DNA of 64,000 nt from Promethearchaeota archaeon (lineage in GTDB: Archaea > Asgardarchaeota > Lokiarchaeia > Sigyniarchaeales > SOKP01): contig JAHPZA010000006.1 in assembly GCA_019058445.1 (NCBI GenBank), positions 512,001-576,000 of the forward strand. Direction: 5' to 3'. The notes beneath the pieces are model-generated. The model was not told the origin of the DNA. It did no database searches and worked only from the letters and a program-made list of their open reading frames with translations. Shown here in pieces: positions 59,046 to 64,000 of the stretch (within the stretch, counting starts at the first letter, position 1; every line of letters begins with the position of its first letter). A program made the translations under genes and the position numbers.

Positions 59046-59858
59046 TTACATAATCATTTTTAAAAACTCTGAACTTTCTTTAGCGACTTCCTCGAACGAA
59101 GGTTTCATTATTGCTTCAATTGAAGCAAAACCGTTATATCCTGAGTTTTTAAAGATATTCAAGAAACTCTTAAAATCAAAATGTCCCGTACCTGGTGCCC
59201 GACGATTGTCATCAGCAAGGTGCAAGTGTGCGACATAATGAGCCTTGTTTTGCATGTATTCCCAAATATAAAGTGGATCTTCCTCTAAATACGTATGAAA
59301 GGAATCAACAAGTAATTTCAAATGATCAGAACCGATTTCTTCCAGTAGGCTAATAGATTCTGAAATGGTATTGTATGAATCTATTTCAAATTGATTAATA
59401 GGCTCAAATAATAATATAACATCATTATTTTCAGCTAGGCGGCAACATTCTTTTAACGATGAGATGATATTTAATTTCTCTTTTTTCGCACTACTTTCAA
59501 AATTATACCGCCCTCTAATTAACCCGATTATCACTTTGGATTTTGTCTCACGAGCAAATTCTATATATTTTTCAATCCGCTCAATTGCTTTTTTCCTCAT
59601 AAACTCTTCATGATGCCCTAAAGAATACCCAAATCTGATATAAGTTCCACCCGTTCCTAAAGCAGGAATTTCTAACTGATAGGATTCCTTGATTTCATTA
59701 AGTCTTAGCACTTCTATCTTTTCTGGTTCTAAAAGGCTTAACTCAATCCCATCATAATTCAGTGGCTTTAAAAAATCACATAACGAGGAAAATTTGTTAA
59801 GTATCTTTTCTTGATTGTTTTTGGATTCTTTCAACCCTGAAACTATACTTAGTTTCAT
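59046..59858 (-). CDS. iolO: Sugar isomerase/epimerase TIM barrel, IolO (5-keto-L-gluconate epimerase)-like
   Basis: YDGIEL, IPALGTG, VIIGLIRG, EPINQFE, DSFH, HLADDNRRAPGTGHFDF; inositol context. Confidence 0.75.
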   Translation of the reverse strand: MKLSIVSGLKESKNNQEKILNKFSSLCDFLKPLNYDGIELSLLEPEKIEVLRLNEIKESYQLEIPALGTGGTYIRFGYSLGHHEEFMRKKAIERIEKYIEFARETKSKVIIGLIRGRYNFESSAKKEKLNIISSLKECCRLAENNDVILLFEPINQFEIDSYNTISESISLLEEIGSDHLKLLVDSFHTYLEEDPLYIWEYMQNKAHYVAHLHLADDNRRAPGTGHFDFKSFLNIFKNSGYNGFASIEAIMKPSFEEVAKESSEFLKMIM

Positions 59859-60049
59859 AATAATCTAATTATTTGTCCTTATTTTAAAAAATTTAAGATA
59901 ATTTTTGAGAATTATATGTCAAAACTTTTTTCTCAAGGTCGAGAAGTTTATATAAATAGTACGTTATATAATTAAATAAAATATGATTTAATTATGAAGA
60001 AATAAACCAATTTCCTCGTAATTATTTTAAAGATAAAGGTAGGATTGAT

Positions 60050-62980
60050 TTGAATAAAAAAAAAAAATTACTAACAGTATTAATACTGACTCTAGTATTT
60101 ACATCCTCTCTTTTTTATATAACAAAAATCGGCAATAATGATGATTTAACAACGGATAATAATACAAAAATTCATCAACTAAATGATGATCTAACAAAGG
60201 AAGACCCTACTGATTTTGAGGAGTTAGATCAGTTAAAAACAGCCAACGGTCAATCTGAATCAAGCTTAAATTTTTCATTTGATTCAAAATTAGATGATGT
60301 TTGGAATAGCACCTGGTATTTCGAAAATTATGAGAGTTTTCAAGATTTAGAACTACCATATACAGAGGGTCATAATGTATCTTATCTGATATCTATTAAT
60401 GATCTGAGAAATAAAACGACGATGCAACCAATACTTCCAAGTGATCTCTCAGCAAATGGGTATTATTTTATTTTGGCTTACAGAAATGGGACTTATACCC
60501 TTGAATTCTTGGCTGGCATTACTGATTTTACTTATCAATCGCTTGAGGGTAATGTTGCATTTCCAAATAATGTTCCTGGAACTTTTTTAATAGCCTCTAA
60601 TGCAAGTATCATATATAATGTCACTATAACTTTAAACAGTACAAGAAGTGAGATCATTAGAACAGAATTCATTCCAGATCCGGATAATACTATAACTGAT
60701 ATGATTAATTGGGAATTAAGATTTTCCGGTTATGCCCCGGGTAATTATAGCGGAGTTTTAGAAGTCGATGAAATCTCAAAATTTACATTGCATCGTGTTT
60801 TAGGTAATGAAGAGGGATATTGGAGACCTATTAATTATACTAAAATTGGAACGCAGTTTTTTTTTAATAAGTCATACCTAGAATATTTGCTTGAACTTCG
60901 AACACCCAATTATCTTTCTGTGACATTTAACGACAATCTAACTGTTTCAAATAACGAACTACGTCTTTATGCAACATGTAATATGCCTGGTAACCTGACT
61001 ATTGAATTTACTGATGCTAATGGCACTCTATTTAGAAATGTTACAGAAAATGTTGAAAATGGGCAAATTGTCTTTTATAACTACATCATGCCACTAAATT
61101 CATCTGGTGGTATAGGTTTTCTTAACATTACTCTCACAAATTCCTCAAATATATATTTTGGTGCAAAATTCGCTGATATCACATTCTTTAAGCAAGGGTT
61201 TATTTATGCCTTTACAAGTAATACTACAGCTTTTTCAGAATTTTACGCTATCGCCCCATATATAGATTATGATATTTTTAATGACTTAGTACAGCGTAAT
61301 AACACTTATAATCTTGGTTTAACGATATTTGAAATTCTTAATCGAAGTATAATTCATGGTGCTACAGTAACTTATGAACTTGGAGAAATTTCTGGTGAAT
61401 TAGAAGACACTATCCTAGTAATTAATGAAAGTGGAGTATTATATAATGCTAATTTTTATTTTAAAGTAATAGATTTACGGGAATACTTAATACCTCCAGG
61501 AGAGTATAATCTGACCTTTAGAGCAAGTAAACCTGGATACACAAGTGTGGAATATATTACATCTTTACATATTTTTAAAAAAGATGTATATATACTCGTC
61601 CAAGTAACCCCTCCAGATAATATCTTCACGATTGAGGAACCTTTTGCTCTTGCTATAAGCATGCATGTATATTATCCCCATTATGAGAATTTCTTAAGAG
61701 TACCTGTAAATTTATCAATAGACATATGGAGGGGAACTGTATTAGAGGATCATCTCAATGTCCCAAACGTGGTTCAATCACTTACCCTTCAAGATGTCAT
61801 AGGCAATACAACTATTCCAGGAGATTATACGTTGAATATAACTATTTTATCAGAGTATTATGAAGGAAATGTATCGGTTGAGGTTGAGATTCAAAAGAAA
61901 GAGCTCGATCTTTCCTTGGTTTATGATAATGAGGTAGATGAGGATGAGGATTTTGATATCCTTTGGTCATTAGAACATGGAAATTTTACGGGTAATCGAG
62001 AAAACATGACATTAGAAATTTATTTAGATGGACGACTAATTAGCACGGTAAATTTAACAGCAACTAATGCCTCTTCGGGAGTATTACCTCTTAAGCTTGA
62101 TGAGGGAGATTATACTATCACGTATCGTCTTACTAGTCCTTTCTATGAGGCTGAAAGAATAATTTCAATTGAGGCCACAGGTGGAAAATCCAAAAAAGAA
62201 GAACCATCATGGTTAGAAGAAAATTGGTTCCTATTGTTATTACTTATCCTTGCTATAATCGCCATGAGCATTTTTGGAGTATATATGACTATCTCGAGAA
62301 GACGAGTGAAGGCTCAAAGAGAATTGGACTCAGAACTCGTAGCCCTTAAGACGAGAATAGCTGCTACAGAAGATAATATTTCCCTCATTCAAACACAAAT
62401 ATCAGAAATTGCTGGAATTTATTGGATATTGGTTATACATTCTGAACAAGGAACTACGATGGTTGAAATCACTGAATTTAGATTTAGCGAAGTATTGGGT
62501 GAAGAATTTAAAGTCTTCGTAGAAGAGGGCATGATTCGAGATTCTGCGCTCATCGGAGGTTTTTTAACAGCAATACGCAATTTCAGTAGAGAGACTTCAG
62601 GGGAGTCTCATGAATACCAGCCTATTTTTAATAGTCAAACAGATTATAGTACGATTGTAAATGAAAAAGAAGTTCATAGGAGAATTTTAGAGGGGACCGG
62701 TTATTTCATGGCATTTATTTCTGCGAGAGGAACAATGGAAATTTCAGAAGTTTTATCTGCAGTAAATTCCAAGTTCCATGAAGGGTATGGAGACGCTGCA
62801 AAAGAATTCTTAGGCAAAATTACGGTATTTAATCCATTTAAAGAAGAGGTGGTAAGATATCTCCATAATGAAATTAGGGAATTGCAGAAAAAACTGGAAG
62901 ATGAGATTCTTTTACGTCAACACTATGAAAGCCATTTAAAAAAGGTTCAAGATAAAATTGGCATCAAGAAAAATAAATAA
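60050..62980 (+). CDS. Single-pass receptor-like protein: glycosylated beta-rich ectodomain, TM, coiled coil, cytoplasmic longin-like domain
   Basis: Signal peptide, many N-x-S/T sequons, TM (WFLLLLLILAIIAMSIFGVY), and the domain ILVIHSEQG...DSALIGGFLTAIRNFSRE...KFHEGYG...FNPF. Confidence 0.7.
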   Translation: MNKKKKLLTVLILTLVFTSSLFYITKIGNNDDLTTDNNTKIHQLNDDLTKEDPTDFEELDQLKTANGQSESSLNFSFDSKLDDVWNSTWYFENYESFQDLELPYTEGHNVSYLISINDLRNKTTMQPILPSDLSANGYYFILAYRNGTYTLEFLAGITDFTYQSLEGNVAFPNNVPGTFLIASNASIIYNVTITLNSTRSEIIRTEFIPDPDNTITDMINWELRFSGYAPGNYSGVLEVDEISKFTLHRVLGNEEGYWRPINYTKIGTQFFFNKSYLEYLLELRTPNYLSVTFNDNLTVSNNELRLYATCNMPGNLTIEFTDANGTLFRNVTENVENGQIVFYNYIMPLNSSGGIGFLNITLTNSSNIYFGAKFADITFFKQGFIYAFTSNTTAFSEFYAIAPYIDYDIFNDLVQRNNTYNLGLTIFEILNRSIIHGATVTYELGEISGELEDTILVINESGVLYNANFYFKVIDLREYLIPPGEYNLTFRASKPGYTSVEYITSLHIFKKDVYILVQVTPPDNIFTIEEPFALAISMHVYYPHYENFLRVPVNLSIDIWRGTVLEDHLNVPNVVQSLTLQDVIGNTTIPGDYTLNITILSEYYEGNVSVEVEIQKKELDLSLVYDNEVDEDEDFDILWSLEHGNFTGNRENMTLEIYLDGRLISTVNLTATNASSGVLPLKLDEGDYTITYRLTSPFYEAERIISIEATGGKSKKEEPSWLEENWFLLLLLILAIIAMSIFGVYMTISRRRVKAQRELDSELVALKTRIAATEDNISLIQTQISEIAGIYWILVIHSEQGTTMVEITEFRFSEVLGEEFKVFVEEGMIRDSALIGGFLTAIRNFSRETSGESHEYQPIFNSQTDYSTIVNEKEVHRRILEGTGYFMAFISARGTMEISEVLSAVNSKFHEGYGDAAKEFLGKITVFNPFKEEVVRYLHNEIRELQKKLEDEILLRQHYESHLKKVQDKIGIKKNK

Positions 62981-63104
62981 GATTTTTTTAACTATCTAAT
63001 TCTTTTGAATTTTTAATTTCTTTTTTTGGAATATTAAAAGATTTAACATTGATTTGAGATTTAATTAATTAACACCATTAAATTTGAGAAGTGATAAGTA
63101 AAAA

Positions 63105-64000
63105 ATGACCGATTGGAATTTACCTCCTAAGGGCGGACACATGGATTTACCCGATGGGATTTATTTACAAAATATGAGTATTGCTGAAATTAAAGAGAGA
63201 GTCAGCAAAAACGATGTTATCATCATTCCTACTGGATCAACGGAAAATCATGGTCCCGCAGCATGTATTGGTGAAGATACTTTTCTTGTAACGAGAATGG
63301 CCGAATTAGTAGCACAAAAAACTGGATGTACAGTAGCTCAACCTACTTGGTATGGTTCTCATCCTTATCATCATGTGGGAATGCCAGGTACCATCATTGT
63401 CCCCGAAGAAACGTTTAAAGGTCTCTTACGTTCAGTAATGGCTGGCTGCTGGAATATGGGCTTTAGAAAGATGATTTTATTGAACGGGCACGGTCAAGAA
63501 TATGTGATCCCTTCTGCTATCCATGAATTCGCAAAAAATTATCAATTACCAATGGTGATATGCAATGTAAATTGGTATCATGCAATTCCTGATCATTGTA
63601 TGGATAAAGAGCATGGAGGTCCCTTTGAGACTCCTTTTATCCATGCAGACGAAGCAGAAACTTCATTTTCTATGACTTTATTCCCAGAAATGGTAAAAAA
63701 GATCGATGCCTGCGAGGATAATGAAGTTGTGGGATGGATGCCAGATGGACATGTTGATAAAGCGGGAAATGTATATCAAAAACCAATTCGATGGTATGGA
63801 CAAGTTGGTTTTGGTCCTATAGAGGTTGCAGCATATCCTGAAGGGCACGTCGGTTGCCCTAGTAAAGCAACTTTCGAGAAAGGTAAACCAGGCATGGAAG
63901 CATTTTTAGATTACCTTGAAAAATTGGTGAACGATATTTTGAAAACTTTTCCCCCTGGAAAATTGCCCCCAATTGAAGGTATAACGCAGAGAGATCCGAA
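63105..64000 (+). CDS. iolN: Creatininase-family 3-dehydro-scyllo-inosose hydrolase (3' truncated by window end; absent from the supplied ORF track)
   Basis: Open frame MTDWNLPPKGGHMDLPDGIYLQN...GSTENHG...GED...WYGSHPYHHVGMPGT...NGHGQE...PFIHADEAETS. Confidence 0.85.
   Translation, partial: MTDWNLPPKGGHMDLPDGIYLQNMSIAEIKERVSKNDVIIIPTGSTENHGPAACIGEDTFLVTRMAELVAQKTGCTVAQPTWYGSHPYHHVGMPGTIIVPEETFKGLLRSVMAGCWNMGFRKMILLNGHGQEYVIPSAIHEFAKNYQLPMVICNVNWYHAIPDHCMDKEHGGPFETPFIHADEAETSFSMTLFPEMVKKIDACEDNEVVGWMPDGHVDKAGNVYQKPIRWYGQVGFGPIEVAAYPEGHVGCPSKATFEKGKPGMEAFLDYLEKLVNDILKTFPPGKLPPIEGITQRDP

Noticed and set aside
4743-61662. Numerous short ORFs overlapping longer genes (e.g. 4743, 7961, 14730, 19824, 22542, 46169, 47844, 57017)
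   Set aside because: Antisense or alternate-frame shadows of well-supported genes, with no recognisable motifs.

Overview
AT-rich archaeal chromosomal window, most likely Asgard/Lokiarchaeia (Loki-CTERM-type surface protein, several TM-longin-like fusions, BHB-intron tRNA). Three zones. (1) 1-4080: CheR, membrane proteins, and a tRNA-Phe(GAA) gene split by three BHB introns. (2) About 4.1-27.4 kb: a tRNA-adjacent accessory/defence island with a free-standing double-motif LAGLIDADG endonuclease abutting the tRNA, a HEPN-like-TPR protein, a HerA-like ATPase, a Gabija-like OLD nuclease + UvrD pair, a second UvrD, an AlbA_2/Schlafen protein, a complete IS6-like element with 8-bp TSD, a membrane-anchored dUTPase/Dcd-fold protein, orphan TM proteins and pseudogene relics. 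(3) About 27.7-64 kb: metabolic and signalling genes, including a dispersed Thermotoga-type myo-inositol pathway (iolG, iolM, iolO, iolN). Best candidate for a new system: iolM is interrupted by a 30-nt stop-containing hairpin insert resembling the tRNA BHB introns. It is followed by a synonymously divergent 3' end, a convergent HTH/putative nuclease gene and displaced copies of the gene's 3' end. The triple-intron tRNA + convergent LAGLIDADG gene has the same layout. Together they suggest gene-drive-like cassettes pairing micro-introns with free-standing endonucleases. All calls were made by eye, without database searches.
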